Assembly: GCA_049282455.1 (NCBI GenBank)
Contig: JBAPUB010000029.1
Location: 5,176 to 69,175, forward strand
Origin: Actinomycetes bacterium
GTDB taxonomy: Bacteria; Actinomycetota; Actinomycetes; JAHEKZ01
Length of the DNA: 64,000 nt
Direction: 5' to 3'
The notes under the pieces were generated by a model that did not search any database, had not been told where the DNA came from, and saw nothing but the letters and a program-made list of their open reading frames with translations. Every line of letters begins with the position of its first letter. The first letter of the stretch is position 1. Positions 44,852-54,439 of the stretch are shown in pieces. The position numbers and the translations under genes are program-made.

Positions 44852-45265
44852 GTGCTCGGCAAGCGGTCGGTCACCGACTACACGCTGCAGCGCCGCGCGA
44901 CGCTCGCGGCGCTGTCTCGAGGGGCGGCTTCGACCACCGACGTGTGCGACGCCGACCCGTACCTGCTTCGGGCCGCCCACCACCATGGCGAGCTGACGTC
45001 TCGGCCGTGCCCGGTCTGCCGCAAGCGTCGACTCAGCGAGCTGCACTACGTCTACGGTGACGAGCTGGGCCCCTACCAGGGGCGGATCAAGCACCCGCGT
45101 GAGCTGGCCGTGATGGCCACCGAGCACGGGGAGTTCCGGGTCTACGTGGTCGAGGTCTGCACCGAGTGCTCATGGAACCACCTCGCCGTGTCCTACGTCC
45201 TTGGTGACGGGGAGCCGCGTCGTCCGCTTCGTGCCCGTCGGGGAGACTCTCCACCGAACCCCTAG
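44852..45265 (+). CDS. DUF5318-like conserved actinobacterial protein (Rv0049 position) with CxxC...CxxC
   Basis: 137 aa, divergent from PadR and upstream of ponA1, as Rv0049 is. Two Cys pairs (CPVCRK ... CTEC). Confidence 0.55.
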   Translation: MLGKRSVTDYTLQRRATLAALSRGAASTTDVCDADPYLLRAAHHHGELTSRPCPVCRKRRLSELHYVYGDELGPYQGRIKHPRELAVMATEHGEFRVYVVEVCTECSWNHLAVSYVLGDGEPRRPLRARRGDSPPNP

Positions 45266-45342
45266 CTGCTGGTACCTGCTGAACCGACGCGACGAGCGGA
45301 TCGAACGGCGCAGTCTGAGAGTGCGCGCCGGCCGAGCTCAAG

Positions 45343-45392
45343 CGAACCAATGCTGACGAACCGATGATGACGAACCGATGCTGACGAACCGA
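45343..45392. repeat. 14-bp tandem repeat x3.6 (CGAACC[A/G]ATG[C/A]TGA) immediately upstream of the ponA1 start
   Basis: Copies at 45343-56, 45357-70 and 45371-84, plus a partial copy 45385-92 that runs into the GAGAGG SD of ponA1 (GTG 45403). Each unit carries ATG...TGA, creating 5-6-codon mini-ORFs (MLTNR*, MMTNRC*). Confidence 0.75.
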
Positions 45393-45402
45393 GAGGACCT
45401 CC

Positions 45403-47517
45403 GTGGGAGTCGACTACCCCCGCAGCCACAAGCGCGGGTGGCGCCGGTTCGTGCCGTCATGGCGGCAGTGGCTGATTCTGATCGGTGCCGGGTTCATGGC
45501 CCTTGTGACGCTGTTCGTGGTGCTGTACGTCGCCATCGACGTGCCCGCACCCAACGACCTGGCCGAGGCCCAGAGCTCGACGATCTACTACGACGACGCC
45601 AAGCACCAGCTCGGAACCTTCGCCGAAGTGAACCGCCAGTCGATTCCCCTGTCGGAGGTTCCGCAGCACGTGCAGGATGCCGTGCTCGCTGCCGAGGACC
45701 GGTCGTTCTACCGCAACCGTGGAGTCTCCCTGACCGGGATCGGGCGCGCGGTGATCAACAACCTCACCGGCGGGGACACCCAGGGCGGCTCGACGATCAC
45801 CCAGCAGTACGCGCGTAACGCGTTCCTCACCCAGGACCGCACCTGGTCGCGCAAGATCAAAGAGCTGGTCGTCGCGTTGAAGCTCGACCGTGAGCTGAGC
45901 AAGCAGCAGATCCTGGAGGACTACCTCAACACCATCTACTTCGGTCGCGGTGCCTACGGCATCGAAGCGGCGAGCCAGGCGTTCTTCGACCGGCCCGCGT
46001 CACAGCTGACCGTGGCCCAGGGGGCAGAGCTGGCCGCCATGATCCGTGCGCCGAGCTCCTACGACCCGGCTCAGGGCCGCGACGCCAAGCAGGCACTCAA
46101 GGCCCGGGTCCTCGACTACGTCGTCCCTGGGATGGTGTCCGAGGGGTGGCTGACACCGAGTGCGGCCGCCAAGGTTCGCCTGGCGCCGGTCATCGCCCCG
46201 ACCTCCCTCAACGCCTACGCCGGTACCAACGGCTACCTCATGCAGTACGTGAAGGACGAGCTGAAGTCCCTGGGCTTCTCCCAGCAGGAGCTCGACACCG
46301 GCGGCCTGACGGTGATCACGACTTTCGACAAGCAGGCGCAGACCGCGGCCGTCGCCGCGGTCCAGAACAACTTCCCGACCTACGACATCGCCGGCGTGCA
46401 GGCCGGGCTCGCCTCGGTCGAACCGGGAACGGGCGCTCTGCGCGCCATCTATGGCGGCAAGAACTACCTGCGCCGCTACGTCAACAACGCAACCGCCGAA
46501 CAACCCGTCGGGTCGACCTTCAAGGCGTTCACGACCGCAGCAGCTCTGCAGGACGGCTACACGTACTCCGACACGTTCTGGGGCAACACGCCGTACGTGA
46601 TCCCCGGGACGGGGATCGAGATCCACAACCAGGGAGACGAGAGCTACGGGAGCCAGATCAGCCTGCTCACGGCGCTGGAGAACTCCGTCAACACCGCGTT
46701 CGTCAACCTCAACGTCGAGATGGGCCCCCAGAAGGCGGTCGACGCCGCGATCGCTGCGGGCATCCCCGCCGACGCCCCCGACCTGTCCGCCGTGCCGGCC
46801 GTCACGATCGGCCCGGTCGCGGCGTCACCGATCCAGATGGCGGGTGCCTACGCCACCTTTGCGGCCCAGGGCCAGCAGGTGACGCCGTACAGCGTGCAGG
46901 AGGTCCGCTCGGCAAGTGGAGCGGTCCTCTACTCGGCCCCGACTGCGACGGTGGACGCCTTCCCCGCCGACATTGCCAACGAGGTGACCTACGGCTTGAC
47001 CCAGGTCGTGGCCAACGGCACGGGGTACAACGCCCAGAGCCTGGGCCGGCCCGCCGCAGGCAAGACCGGGAACCACCAGGGGCTCACCGCGTGGTTCGTC
47101 GGGTACACCCCTCAGCTGTCCACGGCCGTGATGTTCTACCGCGACCTGCCTAACGACCACCAGGCTCCGCTCAACGGTGTCGGCGGCATGTCCGTCTTCA
47201 CCGGAGCCGAGTACCCGACCCGGATCTGGACGGCGTACATGGGGGCGGCGCTGGCCGGGAAGCCGGTGCTGTCGTTCCCGCCGCCCCCGCAGCCGGTGGT
47301 CACCGCCACCCCGACCCCGACCCCGACCCCGACGAAGAGCGCGACCCCGACGCCGACCCCGACCCCAACGCCGACCCCGACCCCGACGACCACCTCGGGA
47401 ACGCCCAGCCCGACACCGACGTCTCCATCGCCCAGCCCGACCTCCACCCCTGCGGTGCCCGGACCAGCGAAGTCGGGGCTGGGTCAACCGGCGCCCCGCG
47501 TGGCGGCGAGCGGCTGA
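45403..47517 (+). CDS. ponA: Class A penicillin-binding protein (transglycosylase/transpeptidase, PonA1-like)
   Basis: 704 aa with an N-terminal TM, GT51 motifs (EDRSFYRNRGV, RKIKELV), a transpeptidase SxxK (STFK) and a Pro/Thr-rich C-terminal tail. Confidence 0.9.
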   Translation: MGVDYPRSHKRGWRRFVPSWRQWLILIGAGFMALVTLFVVLYVAIDVPAPNDLAEAQSSTIYYDDAKHQLGTFAEVNRQSIPLSEVPQHVQDAVLAAEDRSFYRNRGVSLTGIGRAVINNLTGGDTQGGSTITQQYARNAFLTQDRTWSRKIKELVVALKLDRELSKQQILEDYLNTIYFGRGAYGIEAASQAFFDRPASQLTVAQGAELAAMIRAPSSYDPAQGRDAKQALKARVLDYVVPGMVSEGWLTPSAAAKVRLAPVIAPTSLNAYAGTNGYLMQYVKDELKSLGFSQQELDTGGLTVITTFDKQAQTAAVAAVQNNFPTYDIAGVQAGLASVEPGTGALRAIYGGKNYLRRYVNNATAEQPVGSTFKAFTTAAALQDGYTYSDTFWGNTPYVIPGTGIEIHNQGDESYGSQISLLTALENSVNTAFVNLNVEMGPQKAVDAAIAAGIPADAPDLSAVPAVTIGPVAASPIQMAGAYATFAAQGQQVTPYSVQEVRSASGAVLYSAPTATVDAFPADIANEVTYGLTQVVANGTGYNAQSLGRPAAGKTGNHQGLTAWFVGYTPQLSTAVMFYRDLPNDHQAPLNGVGGMSVFTGAEYPTRIWTAYMGAALAGKPVLSFPPPPQPVVTATPTPTPTPTKSATPTPTPTPTPTPTPTTTSGTPSPTPTSPSPSPTSTPAVPGPAKSGLGQPAPRVAASG

Positions 47518-47534
47518 CCGGGCAGGATGGCGGG

Positions 47535-49007
47535 GTGAGCGCCGACCCCCTGCAGAGTCAGCAGTGGGTGCTCCCCAGCCGTGACGACCCGGTGGTCGCT
47601 GGGGCCAGCGAGCTCATCGGCGGCCCGGTCGGGCGCCGGGCGGTCGTCGGCGGCTCGTGGTGGACGCCGATGCGGGTTGTCCTGGTCCTGGTCGTCCTGG
47701 CGAGCCTGCTCGGCGTCCTCGCCGACGAGCCCTGCCGCAAGTCGGCCTGGTCGGACTCGACCAAGCAGTACACCCACGCGTGCTACAGCGACGTCGTGCC
47801 GCTGTTCTGGGGACGCGGCCTGGCCGACCACCTGGTCCCCTACTTCAGCGACACGACTGGGACGACGGCCGAGCCCGTCGAGTACCCGGTGCTCACCGGA
47901 CTGGCGATGTGGTTCACCTCGCTCGCCGTTCCCTCGACCGGGTCGCCCACGTACCGGGGTCGGCTCTACTACGACATCAACGCCGGGGTGGCACTCGTCC
48001 TTGCGATGCTCACGGTGTGGGCCACCGCCTTGCTGGCACGCCGGCGGGTGTGGGACGCCGCGATGGTGGCGGTGGCGCCGGGGTTGATCCTCACGGCGAC
48101 GATCAACTGGGACCTCTGGGCGGTGGCGCTCACAGCGGTGGCGATGCTGGCCTGGTCCCGGCGCTACGAGTTCAGCGCTGGACTGCTGCTCGGTCTCGCA
48201 GTGTCCGCGAAGTTCTACCCGCTGTTCCTGCTGGGTCCTCTGCTCGTCCTGTGCGTGCGCGCGGCACGTCCGCGGGCCTTCACGCTGGCGCTGCTCGGGA
48301 CGGTCCTGAGCTGGGTGGCGCTGAACGTTCCGATCATGGTCACCCACTGGGACAACTGGCTGCGGTTCTACCAGCTGTCCAGGGACAGAGGCGCCGACTA
48401 CGGGTCGATCTGGCTCGTGATCACCGGCACCGGCCACTCGATGACGCTCGACGCGATCAACAAGTGGGGCATGGCGAGCTTCGCGGCGCTGTGTCTCGCG
48501 ATCGCCGTCCTGGCTCTGCTGGCTCCACGGCGTCCGAGGTTCGCCCAGCTCGCATTCCTCGTCGTTGCCAGCTTCGTTCTCACGAACAAGGTCTACTCAC
48601 CGCAGTACGTGCTGTGGCTGATCCCCCTGGCCGTGCTGGCACGGCCCCGCTGGCGCGACTTCATCTGGTGGCAGGGAGTCGAAGTCGTCTACTTCTTGGC
48701 CGTGTGGTGGTACATCCACGGCTTCACCAACCCCGACCGTGCGTTACCGGCCACGAGCTACTACCTGGTGGTCGGCCTCCACCTGCTGGCCACTGCGGTC
48801 CTGTGCGGCTTCGTGGTCCGAGACGTCTGGCTTCCCAGGTACGACGTGGTGCGGCGCGACGACGTCGACGACCCCAGCGGCGGCGTTCTCGACGGTGCGT
48901 CCGACCGCATCACGCTTGGGCCGTGGGCGAGGCGTCAGCGCACTGCCGCGAGTGGCAGTGACCAGCACTCGTCGACGGTCCCTGACGACATCCCGACACG
49001 GCGGTAG
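47535..49007 (+). CDS. GT87/DUF2029-family polyprenol-dependent glycosyltransferase-like membrane protein (Rv0051 position)
   Basis: 490 aa with multiple TM helices and conserved acidic/aromatic loops typical of the PimE/GT87 family. The start is uncertain. Confidence 0.65.
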   Translation: MSADPLQSQQWVLPSRDDPVVAGASELIGGPVGRRAVVGGSWWTPMRVVLVLVVLASLLGVLADEPCRKSAWSDSTKQYTHACYSDVVPLFWGRGLADHLVPYFSDTTGTTAEPVEYPVLTGLAMWFTSLAVPSTGSPTYRGRLYYDINAGVALVLAMLTVWATALLARRRVWDAAMVAVAPGLILTATINWDLWAVALTAVAMLAWSRRYEFSAGLLLGLAVSAKFYPLFLLGPLLVLCVRAARPRAFTLALLGTVLSWVALNVPIMVTHWDNWLRFYQLSRDRGADYGSIWLVITGTGHSMTLDAINKWGMASFAALCLAIAVLALLAPRRPRFAQLAFLVVASFVLTNKVYSPQYVLWLIPLAVLARPRWRDFIWWQGVEVVYFLAVWWYIHGFTNPDRALPATSYYLVVGLHLLATAVLCGFVVRDVWLPRYDVVRRDDVDDPSGGVLDGASDRITLGPWARRQRTAASGSDQHSSTVPDDIPTRR

Positions 49008-49602
49008 AGCCGGTCGGCCCCGGTCCGGTTTCCTACCTGTACGTGCAGCTTCGCCTGGTGCCAGCCTGTGGCTCTGAACCGTCTGAACGACTCGTGCAGG
49101 AGAGCCTTGCCCAGCCCCTGGCCCCGAGCCCGACGGACGACGCCGAGCGTGCCGACGTAGCCGCACGGCTCTTTGTCGATCTTGACGGAGTTCAGTGCCA
49201 GACCGACCGCACCGACGTCGTCGACCGCGAGCAGTGACAAGTCGGGTCGCACGGTCGGCATCGTCTGCACCATGTGGAGAAAGTCGTCGACGGGCGTGAC
49301 GTAGTCACCGTCGTGGTCGCCGCAGGACGCTCGCTGGTCGGTTTCAGCGCGAGATGCAGCTGCGCGGTGGACCAGGGTTCGGATGTCGTGACGAAGACTG
49401 CCCCGACCGCGTCCCCTTGACCGTCGACGAGCAGGCGAGGATCACGTTCGAGGTCGGTGCTGGGGAACCGCAGTATCGACTCGAGCTCGTCTGGGGTGAA
49501 GACGTCCTCGTTCCGGAACATCCGGTTCCCGGCGTTGACGAGCGCGGTCACCACCGTTGTGTCGTCGTAGGTGAGGGGTCGCAGGGTCCACGTGCCGTCC
49601 AT
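48935..49602 (-). pseudogene. GNAT-family N-acetyltransferase split by a frameshift
   Basis: The N-terminal half (track ORF 49192-49602, MDGTWTLRPLTYDDTTVVTALVNAGNRMF...) and the C-terminal half (track ORF 48935-49273, ...GYVGTLGVVRRARGQGLGKALLHESF... with the GNAT motif A) are in different frames and overlap near 49200-49270. Confidence 0.45.
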
Positions 49603-49643
49603 CGATCCCCTTCCCTCGCGCCGTCGCCCGGGTGCGTTGCGTT

Positions 49644-50681
49644 CTACTGAAGGACGACGCGGTCGAACAAGGCCGTCGTCATGCGCATGTCGACGTCGAG
49701 CTCGTCGCCGACGAGCGGTGGAGTCACGTCACCCGGCAACAGCACCATCGAGACCTGCATGTGGGGCGGCTCGCCGAACCATCGTCTCTTCCCGGCGACG
49801 TAGAAGGGCGACAGCACCCGCCCCGCAGCCTCGAGCCCCCCCAGTGCCGCAGCCTTGGCTCGAGGCATCACACCGGCGACCGGGCGGGGTGCGCTCAGAG
49901 CGACGCCGTGCGAGGTGCCACCGGCAACGATCAGCAGGTGACCGTCACTGGGAGCCTTGCGCTGCCGGTAGCCGAATCGTTCACCGCGGCGAGTCGGGTG
50001 GACAGCCAGAACCGTGCCCCGTGCCTGGTAGGTGCGCGGAGGCCCGAGCCACAACCGGGTGCCGATGCGCGGTCGAAGGACAATGGCGGGGTGGCGGCGG
50101 CGGAGCGTCGCGAGCTCATCGTCACCGAGGTGGCTGACCCACAACGACGGGATCTCGACCCCGAGCCGAGTGAGGTGCTGGACCCAGTGAGACACCTCGT
50201 CGACCCGCGCGGTCTCGCCCTCGTCGAGCGGCAGATGCAGGGCGAAGCCGGCGAGGTTCAGCTGTCCGATGGTCGGTAGCGCGGCGACGAGCTCGTCGTG
50301 GTCGAGCCCGAACCGGTCCATGGAGGTCAGCAGCTCGACCACCACCCTGGTCGGTGACCCAGCCAGTGCGTGGACGGCCTCGACATGGCCGAGCGTCAGC
50401 ACGAGCCGGTCGTCCAGCGGCGGCGGCGCGTCGATGATCGGGTGCCACGGGGTGAGCACGAGCACGTCCCCTGCGAAGCCGTCGTGCACCAGCTCGACCT
50501 CGGGGATCGTGCCGACCGCGAGGGTGTCGACACCGAGCCTTTGGCACTGGTCGGCCAGCAGCTGGAGGCCGAACCCGTAGCCGTTCCCCTTGGCCACGGG
50601 GACCAGACCCGGCACGGCATCTCGAACGCTTTCAGCGTGGGCCCGCCAGTCGGCGGCATCGACGTAGAGTGAGAAGGTCAC
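49644..50681 (-). CDS. Alanine-racemase-family PLP enzyme (second, non-canonical alr homologue)
   Basis: 345 aa with a PLP-lysine region VAKGNGYGFG (compare alr VVKANAYGHG) and an Alr C-terminal beta-domain-like end. It starts 4 nt after the FemAB stop, so the two are translationally coupled. Confidence 0.65.
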   Translation of the reverse strand: MTFSLYVDAADWRAHAESVRDAVPGLVPVAKGNGYGFGLQLLADQCQRLGVDTLAVGTIPEVELVHDGFAGDVLVLTPWHPIIDAPPPLDDRLVLTLGHVEAVHALAGSPTRVVVELLTSMDRFGLDHDELVAALPTIGQLNLAGFALHLPLDEGETARVDEVSHWVQHLTRLGVEIPSLWVSHLGDDELATLRRRHPAIVLRPRIGTRLWLGPPRTYQARGTVLAVHPTRRGERFGYRQRKAPSDGHLLIVAGGTSHGVALSAPRPVAGVMPRAKAAALGGLEAAGRVLSPFYVAGKRRWFGEPPHMQVSMVLLPGDVTPPLVGDELDVDMRMTTALFDRVVLQ

Positions 50682-50684
50682 GAG

Positions 50685-51800
50685 TCACCGCCTCGCCAGG
50701 TAGAGCTCGAAGGCCTTGTGCAGCGGGCCGTTGATCGGGAAGTCCCACTCACCGAGGTACTCGACGGCTTCGCCGCCCGTGCCGAGCTTGAAGCGGATGA
50801 GCCCGAACAAGGGGTCGTCCTCGCGCAGCGTGTCGGAGATGCCTCGCAAGTCGTAGACCGCCGCTCCAGCGGCGTGAGCGTCCACGAGCATGCGCCACTG
50901 AACGGCATTGCTGGGCCGCAGCTCGCGCTTGTGGTCGGCTGAGGCGCCATAGGAGTACCAGACGTGGTCACCCACGCGCACCCAGGTGGTGGCGGCCAGG
51001 ACTTCGCCCTCGTGACGGGCGAGGTACAGGCGGATCCGGTCGTCGTCCTCGGCGTTCATCGAACGCCACATCTGCTGGAAGTAGCGCAGAGGTCGTGCGG
51101 TGAAGCCGTCACGTAGCGCGGTGACGGCGTAGACCGCGTGGAAGGCGGCCAGGTCGTCGAACCCGCCGAGCTCGACGGTGACACCTGACTTCTCCGCCTT
51201 CCTGACGTTGCGCCGCCACAGCTGGTTGAAGCCGCTGAACAGGTCGTCGGTGCTGCGCCCAACGAGCGGAACCTGGAACACGTACCGGGGCTGAAGGTCG
51301 CCGAAGCCGGCTCCGCCGGCGTCGTTGCGACGCCAGCCGAGCACCTTCAGCTCGGCACCGACGTTCATCGCGTCTGCGTCGGTGACGTCGGGGCTGACGT
51401 CCCCGAGGCGGGTGGTGCCTGCGGCGATGGCGTCCTTGACCGAGGTGGCCGACCATCGACGAGTGACCAGCTGGGGTCCGATCTTGGCCGTGAACGCCTT
51501 GCTGCGTTTCAAGTGGGTGAGCAAGGGCTTGGTCACGGCCTCTGCCCCGTGGCGACGCCAGTCGATCACGGGTCCCTCGGGCAGGTAGGCGAAGTAGCGC
51601 TCGATCAGCGGCGTACGGCGGTAGAGAACGAGAGCAGCTCCGACCAGATGGTCGCCGTCGAACCAGCCGATGCTCTCGTGACGCCAGTCTGCCTTCACCT
51701 CACCCCAGGCCGGGGTCTGCAAGAACGAGCCACTTGCGTCGACGACGAACGCCAGATGCTCGTCGTGAGCGATCGGTCGGACGGTCAGCGGTGTCGGCAC
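50685..51800 (-). CDS. FemAB-family aminoacyl-tRNA-dependent peptidoglycan bridge-forming transferase
   Basis: GTG 51800 gives 371 aa. The two-GNAT-like-domain FemX/FemAB pattern is present (..WRHESIGWF...YVFQVPL...HEGEVLAATTWVRVGDHVWYSYGAS..). Confidence 0.8.
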   Translation of the reverse strand: MPTPLTVRPIAHDEHLAFVVDASGSFLQTPAWGEVKADWRHESIGWFDGDHLVGAALVLYRRTPLIERYFAYLPEGPVIDWRRHGAEAVTKPLLTHLKRSKAFTAKIGPQLVTRRWSATSVKDAIAAGTTRLGDVSPDVTDADAMNVGAELKVLGWRRNDAGGAGFGDLQPRYVFQVPLVGRSTDDLFSGFNQLWRRNVRKAEKSGVTVELGGFDDLAAFHAVYAVTALRDGFTARPLRYFQQMWRSMNAEDDDRIRLYLARHEGEVLAATTWVRVGDHVWYSYGASADHKRELRPSNAVQWRMLVDAHAAGAAVYDLRGISDTLREDDPLFGLIRFKLGTGGEAVEYLGEWDFPINGPLHKAFELYLARR

Positions 51801-51810
51801 GGCCAGGAGC

Positions 51811-52608
51811 CTACGGAAGGCCCGGAACGTCGACGTCGACGACGACCGGGGCGTGGTCGGAGGGCCCGCTCCCCTTCCGCGCCTCGCGGTCGACGTAGGC
51901 ATCGGTGACGCCGGTGACGAATGCGGTGTTGCCGTAGACCAGGTCGATGCGCATCCCCTCGGCCTTGTGGAAGGCGCCGCCCCGGTAGTCCCAGAACGTG
52001 TATGGGTGCGGCCCTTTCATCGCCCGGGGCATGACGTCGGTCAGGCCCAGGGCCCGCAGGTCGCTCAGTGCTGCCCGCTCGGCCGGTGTCACGTGGGTGG
52101 CTCCCTCGAACTTCGCGACGTCCCAGACGTCGTCGTCGGTCGGGGCCACGTTGAAGTCGCCGACGAGAACGAAGGGCGAGCTCGCCGCGGCCTCCCCGCG
52201 AACCGCATCGGTCAGCGCCGCCAACCACCGAAGCTTGTAGTCGTAGTGGGGGTTGTCCGGTTCGCGCCCGTTGGGGACGTACAGCGACCAGACCCGCACT
52301 CCGCCGCACGTGGCCCCCAGGGCGCGGGCCTCCAAGGTGGACGCGTCGGGGAACCCCGGGTCTCCGGCGAACCCGCGGGTGACGTCGTCCAGGCCCACCC
52401 GGGACACGATGGCGACCCCGTTCCACCGGCCCTGGCCCAGGTGGGCGACCTGGTAGCCCAGCGCCTCGACGGGCTCGGCGGGGAAGGCGTCGTCGGCCAC
52501 CTTGGTCTCCTGCAGGCACACGACGTCGGGCGAGGCCAGCTCCAGCCACTGGACCAGGCGCGGCAGCCGCGCAGTGACCGAGTTCACGTTCCAGGTCGCG
52601 AGGCGCAT
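51811..52608 (-). CDS. xthA: Exodeoxyribonuclease III (AP endonuclease)
   Basis: ATG 52608 with a GGGAGG SD gives 265 aa. MRLATWNVNS..., CLQETK, ...SDHAPV catalytic motifs. The 312-aa track ORF is a 5' extension. Confidence 0.85.
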   Translation of the reverse strand: MRLATWNVNSVTARLPRLVQWLELASPDVVCLQETKVADDAFPAEPVEALGYQVAHLGQGRWNGVAIVSRVGLDDVTRGFAGDPGFPDASTLEARALGATCGGVRVWSLYVPNGREPDNPHYDYKLRWLAALTDAVRGEAAASSPFVLVGDFNVAPTDDDVWDVAKFEGATHVTPAERAALSDLRALGLTDVMPRAMKGPHPYTFWDYRGGAFHKAEGMRIDLVYGNTAFVTGVTDAYVDREARKGSGPSDHAPVVVDVDVPGLP

Positions 52609-52831
52609 GGGGTGATCCTCCCAGCCCGCTGGACCGGCGTCCCCAGGTGGAGTGGGCGGGAAGCCGTCCCCAGCCGATTTCAGATCTTCGGTCGTTGGCC
52701 GATACCCTGGCACCTTGTGCCGGGGCCAGTGACCCGAGCGGGTCGCCACTTACGTTGGCGCCGGCACGACGCAACGCCCTCCTGCCACGGATGGACCGTG
52801 GCCGATCCAGTCCGAAGGAGGTTGGCGCCAC

Positions 52832-53122
52832 ATGCGTCAATACGAGCTCATGGTGATCCTCGACCCCGATCTCGAGGAGCGCACCGTAGCCCCCAGCCTC
52901 GACCAGTTCCTCAACGTGATCCGGCAGTCCGGCGGGACCGTGGACAAGGTCGACCTGTGGGGACGCCGTCGTCTCGCCTACGAGATCGACAAGAAGTCCG
53001 ACGGGATCTACGCACTGGTCGACATGACCGCCGAGCCCGACGCGGTCAAGGAGCTCGACCGACAGCTCAACCTCAACGAGGCTGTGCTGCGTACCAAGGT
53101 CATGCGCCCGGACATGCGATAA
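52832..53122 (+). CDS. rpsF: 30S ribosomal protein S6
   Basis: 96 aa, [16 protein letters not shown]... The upstream GAAGGAGG SD is perfect. Confidence 0.95.
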   Translation: MRQYELMVILDPDLEERTVAPSLDQFLNVIRQSGGTVDKVDLWGRRRLAYEIDKKSDGIYALVDMTAEPDAVKELDRQLNLNEAVLRTKVMRPDMR

Positions 53123-53132
53123 GGAGGCTGAC

Positions 53133-53636
53133 ATGGCAGCCGGTGACACCGTCATCACCCTGGTCGGCAACCTCGTCGACGATCCCGAGCTTCGGTTCAC
53201 GCCCTCGGGTGCGGCCGTCGCGAAGTTCCGGATGGCCTCGACTCCCCGCTACCTGGACAAGCAGACCAACGAGTGGAAGGACGGCGAGAGCCTGTTCCTC
53301 TCGTGCAACGTGTGGCGCCAGGCGGCCGAGAACGTGGCCGAGTCGCTGCAGCGAGGCATGCGCGTCATCGTCCAGGGCCGCCTCAAGCAGCGCAGCTACG
53401 AGACCCGTGAGGGCGAGAAGCGCACGGTCTACGAGGTCGAGGTCGACGAGGTCGGTCCGTCCCTGAAGAGCGCCACCGCCAAGGTCACGAAGGCGTCGCG
53501 AAGTGGCGCAGGTGGCAGCTTCGGTGGGGGTGGCGGCCAGGCCGCCGACGACCCCTGGGCCTCTGCCGCACCCGCTGGCGACTCGTGGGGCGGCGGCTCC
53601 AACGCCAAGGCTGGCTCCGACGAACCACCGTTCTGA
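53133..53636 (+). CDS. ssb: Single-stranded DNA-binding protein
   Basis: 167 aa with an OB-fold N-terminus, a Gly-rich linker and a C-terminal DEPPF tip. Confidence 0.95.
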   Translation: MAAGDTVITLVGNLVDDPELRFTPSGAAVAKFRMASTPRYLDKQTNEWKDGESLFLSCNVWRQAAENVAESLQRGMRVIVQGRLKQRSYETREGEKRTVYEVEVDEVGPSLKSATAKVTKASRSGAGGSFGGGGGQAADDPWASAAPAGDSWGGGSNAKAGSDEPPF

Positions 53637-53691
53637 TCCCTTCCATCCGCCCATCCCCGCATGATGCGGGGCTTCGAACTGGAGCACCACG

Positions 53692-53928
53692 ATGGCGAAA
53701 CCGCCGCTGCGCAAGCCCAAGAAGAAGGTTTGCGCCTTCTGCAAGGACAAGGCGACCTCGGTCGACTACAAGGACACGAACTTGCTGCGCAAGTACATCT
53801 CCGACCGAGGCAAGATCCGGGCCCGTCGGGTGACCGGCAACTGCACCCAGCACCAGCGCGACGTCGCCATGGCCGTGAAGAACGCCCGTGAGATGGCGCT
53901 GCTGCCCTACACGTCGACGGCGCGCTGA
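53692..53928 (+). CDS. rpsR: 30S ribosomal protein S18
   Basis: 78 aa, ..[11 protein letters not shown]...[11 protein letters not shown].. Confidence 0.95.
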   Translation: MAKPPLRKPKKKVCAFCKDKATSVDYKDTNLLRKYISDRGKIRARRVTGNCTQHQRDVAMAVKNAREMALLPYTSTAR

Positions 53929-53943
53929 GGGGGCTGACGAATC

Positions 53944-54393
53944 ATGAAGCTCATCCTCACCCAAGAGGTCAGTGGCCTGGGCAGTCCCGGAGACGTCGTC
54001 GAGGTCAAGGACGGCTACGGCCGTAACTTCCTGGTCCCTCGCGGCCTGGCGACCGGCTGGACCCGCGGTGGCGAGAAGCAGGTGGCCCAGATCAAGCGTG
54101 CGAGGGACACCCGCGAGGTGCGCGACCTCGGTCACGCCCAGGAGATCAGGGGCCAGCTCGCCGGACTCACCGTCACCCTGCCGGCCCGCGCCGGTGACAC
54201 CGGTCGGCTGTTCGGCTCGGTCACCGTCGGCGACATCGCCGACGCCGTGGTCGCGGCCGGCGGCCCTGCGCTCGACAAGCGTCGGATCGAGATCGGCCAG
54301 CCGATCAAGACCGTTGGCACGCACCGGGTCAGTGTTCGGCTGCACCCCGAGGTGGCCGTCGCGATCGACGTCGACGTCGTCCAGGGTTCCTGA
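53944..54393 (+). CDS. rplI: 50S ribosomal protein L9
   Basis: 149 aa, [30 protein letters not shown]... Confidence 0.95.
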   Translation: MKLILTQEVSGLGSPGDVVEVKDGYGRNFLVPRGLATGWTRGGEKQVAQIKRARDTREVRDLGHAQEIRGQLAGLTVTLPARAGDTGRLFGSVTVGDIADAVVAAGGPALDKRRIEIGQPIKTVGTHRVSVRLHPEVAVAIDVDVVQGS

Positions 54394-54424
54394 GGGAAAC
54401 GGCCCCACAGCGGCTGTTTCCCTC
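54391..54424. terminator. Bidirectional hairpin between convergent rplI and the MATE transporter gene
   Basis: TGAGGGAAAC-(14 nt)-GTTTCCCTCA, a perfect 10-bp stem starting at the rplI stop codon. Confidence 0.5.
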
Positions 54425-54439
54425 AGGAAGTCCTGGCGG

